From: Torpedo marmorata
Taxonomy: Eukaryota
Length of the DNA stretch: 64,000 nucleotides
NCBI GenBank assembly: GCA_977017645.1
Contig: OZ360238.1
Location: 1,488,001 to 1,552,000, forward strand
Direction: 5' to 3'
In this document: positions 1-12,264 of the stretch, in pieces
Position numbering within the stretch: the first letter of the stretch is position 1
How the letters are laid out: each line of letters starts with the position of its first letter
The notes under the pieces: model-generated
What the model saw: the letters and a program-made list of their open reading frames with translations, nothing else
What the model was told of the DNA's origin: nothing
Database searches by the model: none
Made by a program: the position numbers and the translations under genes

Positions 1-770
1 CCCATGGTTTTTAACATAATTCTTGATTTTCTTCCTTGAATATTAAGTTTATTCATTAGTCCTTCCGTGCAAAAAGATGCAGTGCTACCTGGGTCTAGAA
101 ATGCATATGTTTTTACTATTGCATCCCCTTTCTTGGCCTTAACTTGTACAGGCACTATTGAAAGTTTGCAGTTATTCACCCCGGCCCCAGTAAGACCACT
201 TGTCTGAACCGAGGTTATAACATTATTTTCTGTTGTTTCCTTTGTTTCTGTTTGCTCCTTTTCCAATTCCTTGTTTCTGTTATGGACATGCAAAATTCTA
301 GGATGTTTAAAATTGCATATGTCACAATTAATTTGCTTCTCGCAGTTTTTACTGATGTGCCCTTTACACAGACAGCTAAAACATATTCCATTTTCCTTTA
401 AGAAAGTGATCCTTTCTTTATGTTCCTTCCTTTCCAATTGTAAACACATTTCCAAAGCAAGTCCACCTTTACAGAACAAACAACTCTTTTCATTAGGCAA
501 ACTTTCCTTTTCCTTATTTATTTTGTCCTTTTCTTTACTTATAACTTGCACATTAGTAGCAAAAGTACTCCTTTTCACTTTCGGACTAGACTGTGAATTA
601 GACTTCCTTACATCTTTGCTCATTGAATTATCTCTGGTATTTCCATATAGTGGATCTGTTTCAACATACACTTGTCGTTCAAGAAAATTTACCAAATCCT
701 TTAAAGTAATTCTTCGACCATAATTTACTTGTAAATCACAAGCCAAATTTCTCCATCTATCCCATACCTT

Positions 771-2444
771 TTAAGGTAATTTTTCTAAAATGATTCGCAT
801 ATTACTATGCACATCAAGCTCACGAATACCATCGATTTCTTCCATAGCATTACAACATCCTCTTAAAAACAAAGTATATTCTTGCAAAGCCTTTACATCA
901 TTTTGTTTTATTGATGTCCATTTAAGAGCTTTATCCATATAAGCTAAAGCAATTCGATGTTTGTTGCCAAAATATTGTTCCAATAAAGCCTTAGCTTTGT
1001 CTAATCCTCTTCCTGAAGACATTTGGTTACAACTTTTTACCAGTTCTTTTGGATGTCCCTTTGTGAACATTTCCAAATAATAAAGACATTCATCTCGATC
1101 TTGGCATTTATCTTCAATATTGCGTTTGAAAGATCTCATAAACGATTGATATTGAAGTGGATCACCATCAAAAGTTTGTATCTCTTTCTTGGGTAAAGAA
1201 GAGAGAGACTGTAACTGAAACAATGATGCAGCAATTTCATTTTGTCTTTCCTTGGATTTCAATACATTACTCTGTTCACTGTCTCGTGTTGTATGCAATG
1301 TATCTGGAAACCTTACTGGTGTAGTTTCTTCCATATTTCTGATGCTTGGCTCATATAACAAAGAAGCTGCTTCGTTCGACCGTACCCAATCCGCAGCTTT
1401 GCTTTCAGATGTTATTATTGGTACATGTGACTCGATACCAATATGCTCTTGAAAGGTTTGTCCTTGTATACGTAAGTTTTGTATCCTTGGTTCTAAAATA
1501 TCTATCCTTTTGGTTGGTTTCTTTTCCTGTGACTCCTTTTTTAAATATGACCTTTTATTATCAGACAATTTAGATGATTTACTGCTAACACCAGATACCA
1601 TTGAGCCTTCTATTGCTTTCTTTTCTGCCTTGGCAATAGCAATGTTTGCTTCCAGCTCCTGCTGTTCTTTTCTCTGTCTTAGCTGCTCCTTCTCTTGTCT
1701 TAGCTGCTCCTTTAGCTGCTCCTCCTTTTGTCTTAGCTGCTCCTTATTTTGTCTTAGCTGCTCCTCCTCTTGTCTTAGCCGCTCCTTTAGCTGATTCTCA
1801 TTTTGTCTTAGCTGCTCCTCCTCTTGTCTTAGCCGCTCCTCCTCTTGTCTTAGCCGCTCCTTTAGCTGATTCTCATTTTGTCTTAGCTGCTCCTCCTCTT
1901 GTTCTAAAATAAATTTATCCTTAAGCGTTTTTTGTTGTGCAAGAAGAGCGGCCAATTTAACATCAATCTTTGTACGTGACGATGCAGAACTTGAAGTACG
2001 AGAAACTCTGAAGCTCGAACCAGAACTTCTTTTGCTTCTCCTGCTTTCAGCATTTGAGACACTGTCACTTGCTTGTATTTCGTCCTGCAGTTCATATGTT
2101 GTCTTCATACTTACCTCTTTATCCAATTCAAATTGTTCATCATTTGTTGACACAATTTCAGCCATTTCCAAGTTATCTTCTTGTTCAACTAATAAAGCTG
2201 CCTCTTCATCCTTTGCCTGCTTCAATCTTTCAATAAGAACCTTTTTATTTCCACTTATGTCCTTATTCAGTCGCTTCAATTCTTCTTTAATATCCGCAAC
2301 CTTCATGTCTTCAATACGTTGGTCCTCAACAGCAACATCAGCGGTTGCTGCGTCAGCTGCTGATAAATCAGTAGCTGCTGTATCAGTGGCTGCTGCGGCC
2401 ATTTTACTCGTCTTGTTCCTCTTTCCTTCAAGCATACACAACAC
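771..2444 (-). pseudogene. gag: BEL/Pao gag with N-terminal SAP-like domain and coiled coil; premature TAA at 771-773, homology continues to position 1
   Basis: 557-aa ORF; MKVADIKEELKRLNKDISGNKKVLIERLKQA fits the SAP pattern; reading continues LP*KVWDRWRNLACD after the stop. Confidence 0.85.
1675..1900 (-). repeat. 21-bp coding tandem repeat (heptad EQLRQEE-like) in BEL gag
   Basis: Repeated TCTTAGCTGCTCC units on the plus strand; translation EEQLRQNENQLKERLRQEEERLRQ. Confidence 0.9.
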
Positions 2445-2796
2445 TAGTCAAACAACAGTCCCCAATGGACCAGCGGCAGCAATTCCAATCTGTGTTCTTA
2501 CTTGCTAAAGATACACAGAAGGAGTCCACAGACTTATGCCTACCACTTCTAATGACTGTAATGTGCTGCAATCCTTAAACGAGTTTCAACCACAACATCC
2601 GTCACTAATATCACTGATTTTCCAAAAATAGTTTCTCCAACGTATTTATAGGACACTTTATTATAAGATTTGAAGCTTTAAATCCCTCTCTGGCTGTTAT
2701 TCACCCCGGCCCCAATTTATATCAGTCCAAAGCACAGAGTTTTTTCTATCTTCTTTCTTTCAAACTTCTGTTCCAAACAGCCAGCCCTTTATTGAC

Positions 2797-3427
2797 TATA
2801 AGTAACGGTGACTTCGCTCCACCAATAGTCACCTGGAGGCTAAGTGTGGTCCTTGCTTTTGACGCGTTTTAATTAATTTACTAACAAAGTCCAATATGTT
2901 CAAAACCTTTATTTTCACACATGACTTGCAGTAATCTTCAATGACTTTAATATAAACAGTTCTTGTAAACGATGTATGATGAGTTCCTTTAAATTATTCC
3001 TTAAACAACTCCAAAACGATATGAAACACTGTAGATGATGTTAAAGTTATAAAAACATTATAAAACGATATAAAACGGTCAATAAAGATGTGGAGACCTC
3101 ACTCACCCTCCATACATCTTTTCCTTTCCTTCTCTCTCTCTCTCTAATGTCTCTGCGCATCCTACCCCGCGCATACTACAACTCCCAGCCTCCCACGCGC
3201 ACAATGACGTCACTCCATACTGCGCATGCGCCCGTCGGCACTCCCGCGCATGCGCATATCAAAGAACGGGCCGACGACGGCCCACAGAACAACGCAAGCG
3301 CTCCAAGGCCCGACGTGGCCTCGGAGCGCTCCGAGGACAGCCTGGTGAACAACGCGAGCGCTCCAAGGCCCGACTAGACATCGGAGCGCCGCAACAACGG
3401 TAAGTTAATGAGCCTACGGCTCTTACA
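2797..3427 (-). repeat. Putative 5' LTR of the BEL/Pao element (~630 bp)
   Basis: Minus strand begins TGTAAG and ends CTTATA (near-inverted termini), with AATAAA at ~2910 and an internal 60-bp duplication at ~3288-3390. Partner LTR is outside the window. Confidence 0.6.
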
Positions 3428-5322
3428 ATGGGAAGAACACATCTCTGCGTTAGAGAAAATGTTTGATAAACTTTTGAAAGCCAATCTTACTGTTAATTTA
3501 GCCAAAAGTGAATTTTGTCATGCTAAGGTGACTTATCTTGGTGATGTTGTTGGCCAAGGAAAAGTGGCGCCTGTTCAAGCTAAAGTTCAGACAATTATTG
3601 AATTTCCTGTGCCCACGGGTAAGAAAGCTGTGAGGAGATTTTTAGGATTGGTTGGGTACTACCGAAAGTTCTGTAAAACTTTTGCGCATATTGCCATTCC
3701 TCTGACTAATCTTTTGAAAAAGGGTGAAAAGTTTATTTGGACAACAATTTGTCAGAAAGCTTTTGACAAACTGAAACCATTTTATGTCACACACCTGTGC
3801 TTAGGTCACCTGACTTTGGAAAGCCATTCTCTTTAGCAGTAGATGCTAGTGATGACGCGACAGGAGCAGTTTTATTACAGAAGAGTGAAAATGATGGTGG
3901 CTTATGTACGGTATCTAAAAAATTCAATCAACACCAAAAGAATTATTCTACTATTGAAAAGGAATTATTGTCTCTTGTATGGGCTTTGCAACACTTTGGG
4001 GTTTATATTTGCAATGCTATGAGATCAATTGTGGTTTACACCGACCATCATCCATTGGTGTTTTTGAGTAAAATGAAACTTAAAAATAGACGGTTATTGA
4101 ACTGGAGTTTAATTTTACAAGAATATGACTTAGTAATAACTCATATTAGGGGCAGAGACAATGTTGTTGCTGATTGCCTGTCCAGATGTTGAATTTACAT
4201 ATTATTTCTGCAATATTTGTTTGTATCATGTGTGAAATCTATTAAATAAATGGTAGATTGTAATTTAAAATTTTGACCTTTTAGAAGTTCAACATTTTCT
4301 CTGTGGAACGGAAGTGTAACGGATGTGTTAATGTTAATATTAATATTTAGTTATAGAATTATATATCTTAGTAAGGTTAGTTGTGGTCTGGTACAGGGTC
4401 ACACACAGGTCACAGCACATTTGCAGGAAAAACCCATTACTCAGAGAGAGAGTTCAGTTTGGAGTCGCCACGTCTAAGAAGACAACAGCCAATAATGAAA
4501 CAGAAGTGCATTTAAGTGATTTAAGGACAATGTGTGGTTTTTAAAAGCCTTATGATAGCAGCTGTTGCAAACTCAAGTGCCATTTGAGTGACATGTGCCA
4601 GACTATTCTAAGTTGTAATCATTTATAATCTTGGAACAGAGATGAGGTCAGATGTTTTTGTGGATGGAAGTGATTTTGAAGAAAGGCATGAGGTAATGCT
4701 TTTGAAAATGAAACAAAAAATGTGGTGATGTAATGTCACATGATGTGAGAAATATATAATGAAAGGAGAGGGATATTTTGGAAAGAAGCAGACTGCACCA
4801 GACTGAAGAAATAAGACCACTTTTAAATTGTTTCTAAGAAAAGAGGACATCACCGTATGTTACTCCTGATTAAGAAAGAAATCATCATAAAGATCACAGT
4901 TCCGTAACCCTAACAAGATAGGGGAAACTTGTGAACACACTCGTATGAAGAGTATCTCTGAAAGACCACTCATCAACAGACGTGTGAGTTTGAAAGGCAT
5001 TGAATACTCCATTCTGGCTTTATAATAACTTCTGAATCACAATAAAAAAGGATCCTGAAGTTCAACAAAAGAAGTTGGAAACTGGACTTCAAAAATTGAC
5101 TTTTGCAGATTTAAGTTGAAATTGAAATAGTTTGGACTTTAACACACACACATTTACATTTGCGCGTAGTGGGGTTTAAGTTAGAGTTAAGTTTAGAGAT
5201 AAGTAAGATATGTTATGTTATTAATAGTTTAAATAAAATCTATTTTTGAATTTACCATTGTCTGGTGCATATTCCATTGCTGTTCCTTTGTTAGTACTAA
5301 CAGGGTTTGTTAGTTCGTAACA
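3428..5322 (+). mobile_element. pol: Gypsy (Gmr1-like) LTR retrotransposon, 3' part: RT C-terminus, RNase H, PPT, 3' LTR
   Basis: ORFs 3408-3836 (WEEHISALEKMF...RRFLGLVGYYRKF) and 3797-4192 (LAVDAS, YSTIEKEL, YTDHHPL, DNVVADCLSRC*). No integrase follows RNase H; a purine tract precedes the LTR. Confidence 0.85.
4315..5322 (+). repeat. 3' LTR of Gmr1-like Gypsy
   Basis: TGTAAC...GTAACA termini, preceded by GGAACGGAAG, AATAAA at ~5232; 3' part resembles the LTR at 24611-25493. Confidence 0.7.
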
Positions 5323-5454
5323 GTTCAGCCTGACTGCCTTTTCAAAGTTGCTCAGCTTTGAAGTTAATGTGGAATAAGTTTGAGGAAACATGTTTCCCTG
5401 CTGAACCAAACCCCTTCATTTGCCTTCCCACAAGTTGGCTTCCAAAGTACTAGC

Positions 5455-5520
5455 CATTTCCTTGAAGAAGGGCTCAGGCCCAAAACGTCGGCAATATATC
5501 TTTGTCTCCTATATGTTATG
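5455..5520 (+). mobile_element. Short Penelope-like relic
   Basis: CTTGAAGAAGGGCTCAGGCCCAAAACGTCGG nearly matches the motif downstream of the GIY-YIG ORF at 49660-49690. Confidence 0.6.
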
Positions 5521-6041
5521 CTTGTTCTTTCAAGAAGAATGACTTTACGTGGGTTAAACACTTAACTGACTTTATTTTCCTTGAGCTGCTTCAAACGACT
5601 TCCAACCACAACCAACTGACTTCCAACCGACAACCCCTGTTATCTGTCACTCCCGGTTTCCGTCCAACAGCACGCATTGCATGCTGGGAAATGTAGTTAT
5701 TATTTCCCTCCCTGATGGAATGTTTGTGAATAAAAAATTGACCACATATTGTAAGCAAATGCAATGATCTGCTTAGTACAATGAATGAAGACGTTGCACT
5801 GTCCCCCATATTGTTTAACTGTATATTTTTACTGCATAGGTAGGAATAATCTAAATACAGGAATTCCCAAGTATGACAAAACGTTAAGCATGCCCTTTTG
5901 ACTGATTTAATGGCCCAAGTAACCAAAACTTCGGTAACTTTCATAAGTCACAGGAGACGCGTGAATTTCCTTATCCGAATGAGAGGAAAGAATTTTCTAT
6001 TTCAATCAAAAATGTACATATATTTTCTTTTAATATTGGCC

Positions 6042-6413
6042 TGTAGACGACTGCTACAAAGAAACACACACACACGCAGTGTGGAAGGTTAAGCTCTCTG
6101 CTTAATTGAGGCTGGAAATGCTTCTTTTATACAGTTGGAGTTCCCATTGATTGGTTGACATCAGCCGCATGAATAACAATAGCGGGCGGGAACGTTCTTC
6201 CATATGAATACCCTTCTTCCCCAGCCTGGTATTGATCTGTTAGCTGGGCAGCTTGGCCAGCGCCATTTTAGGGCTGCTGGTCTTGTACTGCTCCAGCTTT
6301 CAACCACGCCAGTTCGCTATGCTAAGGGTCGTGTTACAGTGTGTTATGCCGCTGTTTACTACCGCATGATGTGCCGGCTCGATCTCCGCGGTGGAGATCA
6401 AACCGGCGCTACA
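6042..6413 (-). repeat. 3' LTR of CsRn1-like Gypsy
   Basis: Direct repeat of 10079-10441; about 11 substitutions and one CA indel counted by eye, many at CpG; inner end differs. Confidence 0.9.
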
Positions 6414-6429
6414 GTTCATAGTGTCCGTG

Positions 6430-9372
6430 GATGCAGTCCCCATTGTCTTTGGTGGTCTGCCTCTGCGCCGAGGTGCTGGCATCTCCACGTGTTGTGTCGG
6501 GTCCGTGTGTGCCGGCTTGAGCCTGTCTGCGGTGAAGACCTCTGGTTTGCCACCGATGTCCAGTTCGAAGGTGACGACTCGGAAGGGGCCTTTGTAGCGG
6601 TGGACGGTGTGGCCCTCTGCATACGGACACATACTCACAGTCTTGGAGTTCTTTAGGGATGTTGAACTTGGCTTGCCCGTGTCTGGAGGGTGGGATCGGA
6701 GCCAGGTTACCGACCTTTTCCCGCAGCCTGTCCAGGAAGGTGGTTGTATCCTCCTGTTGACCTCTGGCTGATGGGACGAAATCCCCTGGGACCATGAGTG
6801 GAGCTCCATAGACGAGCTCGGCGGAGGATGTGTGGAGGTCTTCCTTCAGGGCTGTACGAATCCCCAGCAGTGCCCATGGCAGTTCTTCAACCCAGTTGGG
6901 GCCCTTGAGTGGTCATAAGGGCGGCCTTGAGGTGCCTGTAGAAGCGCTCAACCAGCCCGTTAGACTGCGGGTGGTATGCTGTTGTGTGGTGCAGCTGAGC
7001 GCCCCACAGGTTGGCAACATTGGTCCACAGGCTGGAGGTAAATTGTGCGCCTCTGTCGGAGGTTATGTGGCGTGGTAGCCCGAACCTTGCTACCCAGGAC
7101 GAGACGAGTGCCTTGGCGCAGGACCTGGTGGATGTGTCAGCCAGGGGGATTGCTTCTGGCCACCGGGTGAAACGGTCGACCACCGTGAACAGGTAGCGGA
7201 AACCCTGTGAGACTGGTAAGGGTCTCAATATGTCCACATGAATGTGGTCAAACCTTCGCTCTGTTGGCATGAAAGTCTGCGGGGGGACCTTGGTGTTTGT
7301 GCTGTACCCGTTTGGCACTGTGTGCATGTTTTGGCCCACCCGCTGACTTGTTTCCACAATCCATGCCACGCATACTTGCTGGCCACCAACCGGACCGTGG
7401 TCCTGATTGATGGATGTGCCAGCCCGTGGATGGAGTCGAAAACTCGTCGCCTCCATGACGTTGGGACGATAGGTCGAACCTGCCCGGTGGCCACGTCGCA
7501 CAGGAGGGTAGTGTTACCTATGCCGACTGGGATGTCCTGAAGCTGCAGCCCCGTGACGGCGGTCCTGTACTGAGGCATCTCGTCGTCCTGCTGCTGTGCC
7601 TCCGCCAGTGCCATGAAATCCAGTCCGTTAGCCAGAGAGTGGATGCTCTGTCTGAACAGGCGACCACGACCACGTTGTCTTTTCCAGAGATGTGCCTTAC
7701 GTCAGTGGTGTACTCTGAGACGTAAGACAAGTGTCTCTGCTGGCGGGCTGACCAGGGATCGGAGATCTTGGCCAGGGTGAACGTCAGTGGCTTGTTGTCC
7801 GTGAAAGCCCTTCCCTCTAGGAAGTACCGTAAGTGGCGGATGGCTAAGTACAGCGCCAGTAGCTCTCTGTTGAAAGCACTGTACTTTAGCTCAGGGGGCC
7901 GCAGATGTTTGCTGAAGAAAGCTAGTGGATGCCAACTTCCTTCTATCTGCTGCTCCAGAACTCTACCAATCGCCGTTCCTGAGGCATCGACCGTGAGGGC
8001 TGTGGGTGCGTCTGACCTGGGGTGGGCCAGGAGTGCGGCATTAGCCAGGGCTTCCTTCGCTTCCACGAACGCTCGTGCGGAGTCATCGTCCCAGGTTAAG
8101 TCCTTCATCAGGGTGAAGAGTGGGCGCATGGTTCGAGCAGCTGCAGGGATGAATCTGCAATAAAAGTTGACCATCCCCACGAACTCCTGCAGTCCTTTGG
8201 TCATACTGGGCCTCGGGAAGTTGCGGATAGCCTCCACCTTGCTGGGTAGTGGCGTGGCCCCGCATTTGGTAATCCTGTGGCCCAGGAAGTCAATCGTGCT
8301 CAGCCAGAACTGGCATTTAGCCAGGTTGATAGTAAGGCCGAACTCACGTAGGCGACTGTAGAGGCTTCAGAGGTGTTGTAGATGTTCCTGCCGGGTTCTG
8401 CTCGCCACCAGGATATCGTCTAAGTGGACGAAGGTGCCCACCGCGTCAATCAGTCGCTGGAAGGTCTGTGCCGCGTTCTTGAGCCCGAATGGCATCCTCA
8501 GGAACTCGAACAGCCCGAATGGAGTGATGATGGCCGTCTTGGGGATGTCGTCAGGGTGCACCGCGATTTGATGGTACCCTCGCACCAAGTCCACTTTGGA
8601 GAAGTTCGTCGCTCCGTGCAGGTTTTCCGCAAAGTCCTGGATATGCGGCCCGGGTAACGATCTCTAGTGGTGGCCTCGTTAAGCCGGCGGTAGTCGCAGC
8701 ACGGTCTCCTGCCCCCAGTTGCTTTGGGCACCATGTGCAGGGGAGAAGCCCATCGCCGAACGATGCCTAACTCCTCGAGCTTGCGGAACTCCTCCTTGGC
8801 CAGTTGAAGCTTCTCCGGGGGAAGTCGTCTCACCCTTGCGTGGAGAGGTGGACCCTTGGTAAAGATGTGATGCCTGACGCCGTGTCAGGGCACATCCACC
8901 ATGAACTGAGGGGAAAGGATTGCCGGGAACTCAGCCAGCACTTTGAAGAACTCATCGTCCAAGCTGTGGACAGAGTCCAGGTGCAGTGCCGGGAGCCCAG
9001 CGCCCCTCAGTGCGAAGGATTGGAACGTTTCCGCGTGCACGAGTCTCTTGCCCTTGAGGTCCACTAGAAGTCCGCTCCGAGAAGTGGCTGTTCCACCGCA
9101 GCCAGCGTGAACTCCCACGAGAAGTGACTGCCTCCGAACTGCAGCTCGGCCCTACGCTTGCCATAGGTCCGTATGCTGCTGTTGTTGGCAGCCCTCAACG
9201 TGGGGCCCGCTTGCCTGCATCTAGTGTCCAAACCTGTAGGGGGCATCACACTGACCTCCGCTCCTGTATCCACCAAGAATCGTCTACCGGAAAGGCGATC
9301 CCATACGTACAGGAGGCTCTCTCGATGGACAGCCGCCGTGGCCATCAGTGACGGCTGGCCTTGTCGTTTCCC
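6430..9372 (-). pseudogene. pol: Gypsy pol (PR, RT, RNase H, integrase), several frameshifts
   Basis: LVDTGAEVS; DLVRGYHQ...MPFGLKNA...HLDDILVAS; TVDASG...ELLA...TDNKPL; H..HP..C..C and ITSDRGAQF...YHPQSNGLVER. Confidence 0.92.
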
Positions 9373-10037
9373 TGGAAATTGCAGGGCGACTGGCATCGGC
9401 GGGCCTCGGAGCCCCATCTTTGGTGGTAGAAGCACCATCTCTCCTTGGACTCGTCCTTGCCTCTTGCCTACCGCTCCTTTCCAGGGCCTGCCTTGGTCTG
9501 GTTGTGAGACTTAGTGACGAGCCTCACGGTAGGCGAGCACTTCTGTTTCTGCTTCCACAGAATATCTGCCCGTGCTGCGACTTTCCGGGGGTCGCTGAAA
9601 TCCGCGTCAGCCAGGAGCAGTTGGATGTCCTCGGGCAGCTGCTCCAAGAACGCCTGCTCGAACATGATGCAGGGCTCGTGGTCTCCCAGGAGGGCTAGCA
9701 TCTCGTTCATGAGCGCTGATGGGTATCTGTCCCCGAGCCCATCCAGGTGGAGCAGCCGTGCCCCTCCCTCTCGCCGCGAGAGCCTGAAGGTCTCAGTCAA
9801 TAGCTCTTTGAAGGCAGGGTAAGTGCCTTCCGATGGTGGCCTCTGGATGAAGTTGGCCCCCCTGTCTGCAGTCTCTGGATCCAGGGCGCTGACCACATGG
9901 TAGTACCGTGTGGTCTCAGCTGTGATGCCCCGAATCTGGAGCTGAGCCTCAGCCTGGTCGAACCACACGCAGTGTCGAACTGTCCAGAAGGTCGGGAGCT
10001 TGAGGCCGACTGCGCTGATCGCTGCTTCGCTATCCAT
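9345..10037 (-). pseudogene. gag: Gypsy gag (premature TAG at 9468-9470)
   Basis: MDSEAAISAVGLKLPTFW N-terminus; the frame continues past the stop into the CHCC knuckle and ends at TGA 9345. Confidence 0.85.
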
Positions 10038-10064
10038 CGCTGGGTTTAGATGCCGTCTAAACCA

Positions 10065-10076
10065 TCGGGGTCACCA
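10065..10076 (-). promoter_or_regulatory. Primer binding site, tRNA-Trp
   Basis: Minus strand TGGTGACCCCGA 2 nt after the LTR; equals the first 12 nt of the known tRNA-Trp PBS. Confidence 0.85.
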
Positions 10077-10078
10077 AT

Positions 10079-10441
10079 TGTAGCCGACTGCTACGAAGAA
10101 ACACACACACGCAGTGTGGAAGGTTAAGCTCTCTGCTTTATTGAGGCTGGAAATACTTCTTTTATACAGTTGGAGTTCCCGTTGATTGGTTGACATCAGC
10201 CGCATGAATAACAATAGCGGGCGGGAACGTTCTTCCATATGAATACCCTTCTTCCCCAGCCTGGTATTGATCTGTTAGCTGGGCAGCTTGGCCAGCGCCA
10301 TTTTAGGGCTGCTGGTCTTATACTGCTCCAGCTTTCAACCACGCCGGTTCGCTATGCTAAGGGTCGCGTTACAGTGTGTTATGCCGCTGTTTACTACCGC
10401 GCGATGTGCCGGCTCGATCTCCACGGTGGCGGGCCGCCACA
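10079..10441 (-). repeat. 5' LTR of CsRn1-like Gypsy
   Basis: TGT...ACA termini, adjacent to the PBS and the GGCC TSD. Confidence 0.95.
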
Positions 10442-11929
10442 GGCCATTGTTATTGAATCCTTTTGGATCAAGAGCTTTCCAGGTTTTTGATTTGATTCAT
10501 TATATTTAAAATATAATTAGTATTTAAAGGAAGGACAGCTGGAAAAGCTCCCAAGATTTTGCTCCAGGTTGGTTCTGACTTGACTAATTTCAGCCAGTAC
10601 AGCTAAAATTAATTTTAGTGTCACCAAGAAGGGGAGGGTAAAGTTCAGCTGTTGTTCCTTCACCTGACTGAAATTCATTGAGTGCTTTTGAATGCAGTTC
10701 AGGAGACCTGTATCTTAGACTGAGTGCAGGCAGCAGATTTCCTTCCCCAGTGGACATTTTTGAACTAGATGTTGTAAAACAACCTGGTCGTTCACAGTCA
10801 TGATCACTGTTCTATTACAGCTTCACTACATGAATAAAGCTGCTGTGATAGGAGCTGAGCTTGTGGCTGCAGATCACGAGTGCCTCAGGATATGAATAAC
10901 CTAATACCCATGCCCCTGCATCTCAAAGATTACGAATGAAATTTCCTGCCCTGTGTCCCATTATCACTTATGCTTTTTACACAGCCCTTTCCTTCCAGGA
11001 CATTTCCTCCTTTTAAACGGAACGACTGCTGTCTAAAAAGCACCGAGATGGAATGGGGGGGGTGAGGGTGTCATTCCAGTCCCGGCTTTTTCCCAGCAGC
11101 AGATCTAGTAACAGTCCCGGAACGCCGGCTGTGTAAAAGGCGCTTCTAGCATTCTGGGACCAACTCAGGTAAGTAATATGACGTTTTGATGATGCGTAAC
11201 GTGTGCGATGTTTCAGCGCGAGATTTGAAAATTTTAAACCAACAGTCAGGAGTCAGCATCTAACGGCCACGATGTCTGCGAACTGGGGTGATGCAGAGAT
11301 CCGCGAGCTCCTCACCATCCGAGCTGAGAACGAAATTAACCGCCACATAACGGGTACGGTGAGGGATGGCCCGATATTAGAGAGGCTTTACTCGGGACAA
11401 GTCCCAGGTCATAAGCAAACTGAAATGCCTGCGTAAGAAATACCACCAGGTAAACGACCACAACGGCAGGAGTGGAAGCGGGCGTTTGGACTGGCCGTAT
11501 TTTGATCTGTGCTATTCCATCTGGGGTACAAGTCACTCAGCACACCCGGTTGCTCTTCTGAGCAACATGGAGGATCCATCGTCCCCTGATATTGTTCCAG
11601 CTGCGTCTCCCTCCTCCAGCAGCAGTCCTGATGCAGGGTTCCCAAGCGGCATGGATACAGAGGCCAGCAATACAGAATCTGCGCCTCACGATCGACTAGG
11701 TAAAAACGTATTTCTTTTCGTGATCAACAATTTTTGTTGTGTGTTTTGTAAGTGTGTCTGCCCATAAAGAGCGGTCTCGCTAATGTAGCTTGTGCTCCAT
11801 TGTTCTCTAGGGTACCAGCTGCCTAAGAAAAAACAGAGACCTACCAAAGCCCAGGTGGTGACCCAGGAGATGAAGGACATGTTACTGTCTATGGACCGAG
11901 AGGATGTGGAGAGGGAGCGTCTTTGGCAG

Positions 11930-12120
11930 GAGGTGCAGAAGGCCCATGAGGAGCAGCTGAGGGGAGAGGTGCAGAGGGACCATGAGGAGCAGCCGAGGGG
12001 AGAGGTGCAGAGGGACCATGAGGAGCAGCCGAGGGGAGAGGTGCAGAGGGACCATGAAGAGCAGCTGAGGGGAGAGGTGCAGAGGGCCCATGAGGAGCGG
12101 CTGAGGGGAGAGGCGCAGGA
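11930..12120 (+). repeat. 36-bp coding tandem repeat, ~5 copies (EVQRDHEEQPRG)
   Basis: Repeats of GAGGTGCAGAGGGACCATGAGGAGCAGCYGAGGGGA. Confidence 0.95.
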
Positions 12121-12264
12121 GGCGGAGATGGCAGCACGGGAGGCCGATAGACGTGAGCGGTCAGAAGAGATGAAAGGGTTTGGCCACATGTTTAAAGACT
12201 TCCAAAATGGAATGTAGAACCAGGACTCACTCATGCGGGAGATGATTACTCTCATGTCATCTGC

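Larger units (their letters stand above)
1..3427 (-). mobile_element. BEL/Pao LTR retrotransposon, 5' part (5' LTR, gag, start of protease); runs off the left edge
   Basis: Minus-strand polyprotein with a DUF1759-like motif (LPKKEIQTFDGDPLQYQSFMRSF), Cys/His knuckles at ~290-480 and Pao-type protease YAFLDPGSTASFCTE at ~65-110. LTR starts TGTAAG at 3427, exactly where the flanking Gypsy RT begins. Confidence 0.85.
6042..10441 (-). mobile_element. Full-length (4.4 kb) Gypsy LTR retrotransposon, CsRn1-like, decayed
   Basis: Direct LTRs, GGCC TSD (6038-6041 and 10442-10445), PBS, gag-PR-RT-RH-INT order, CX2HX9CX3C gag knuckle (CFYHQRWGSEARRCQSPC). Confidence 0.95.

Noticed and set aside
271-2508. 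Plus-strand ORFs over the BEL gag, and similar antisense ORFs over other TEs
   Set aside because: Shadow ORFs antisense to real TE coding sequence.
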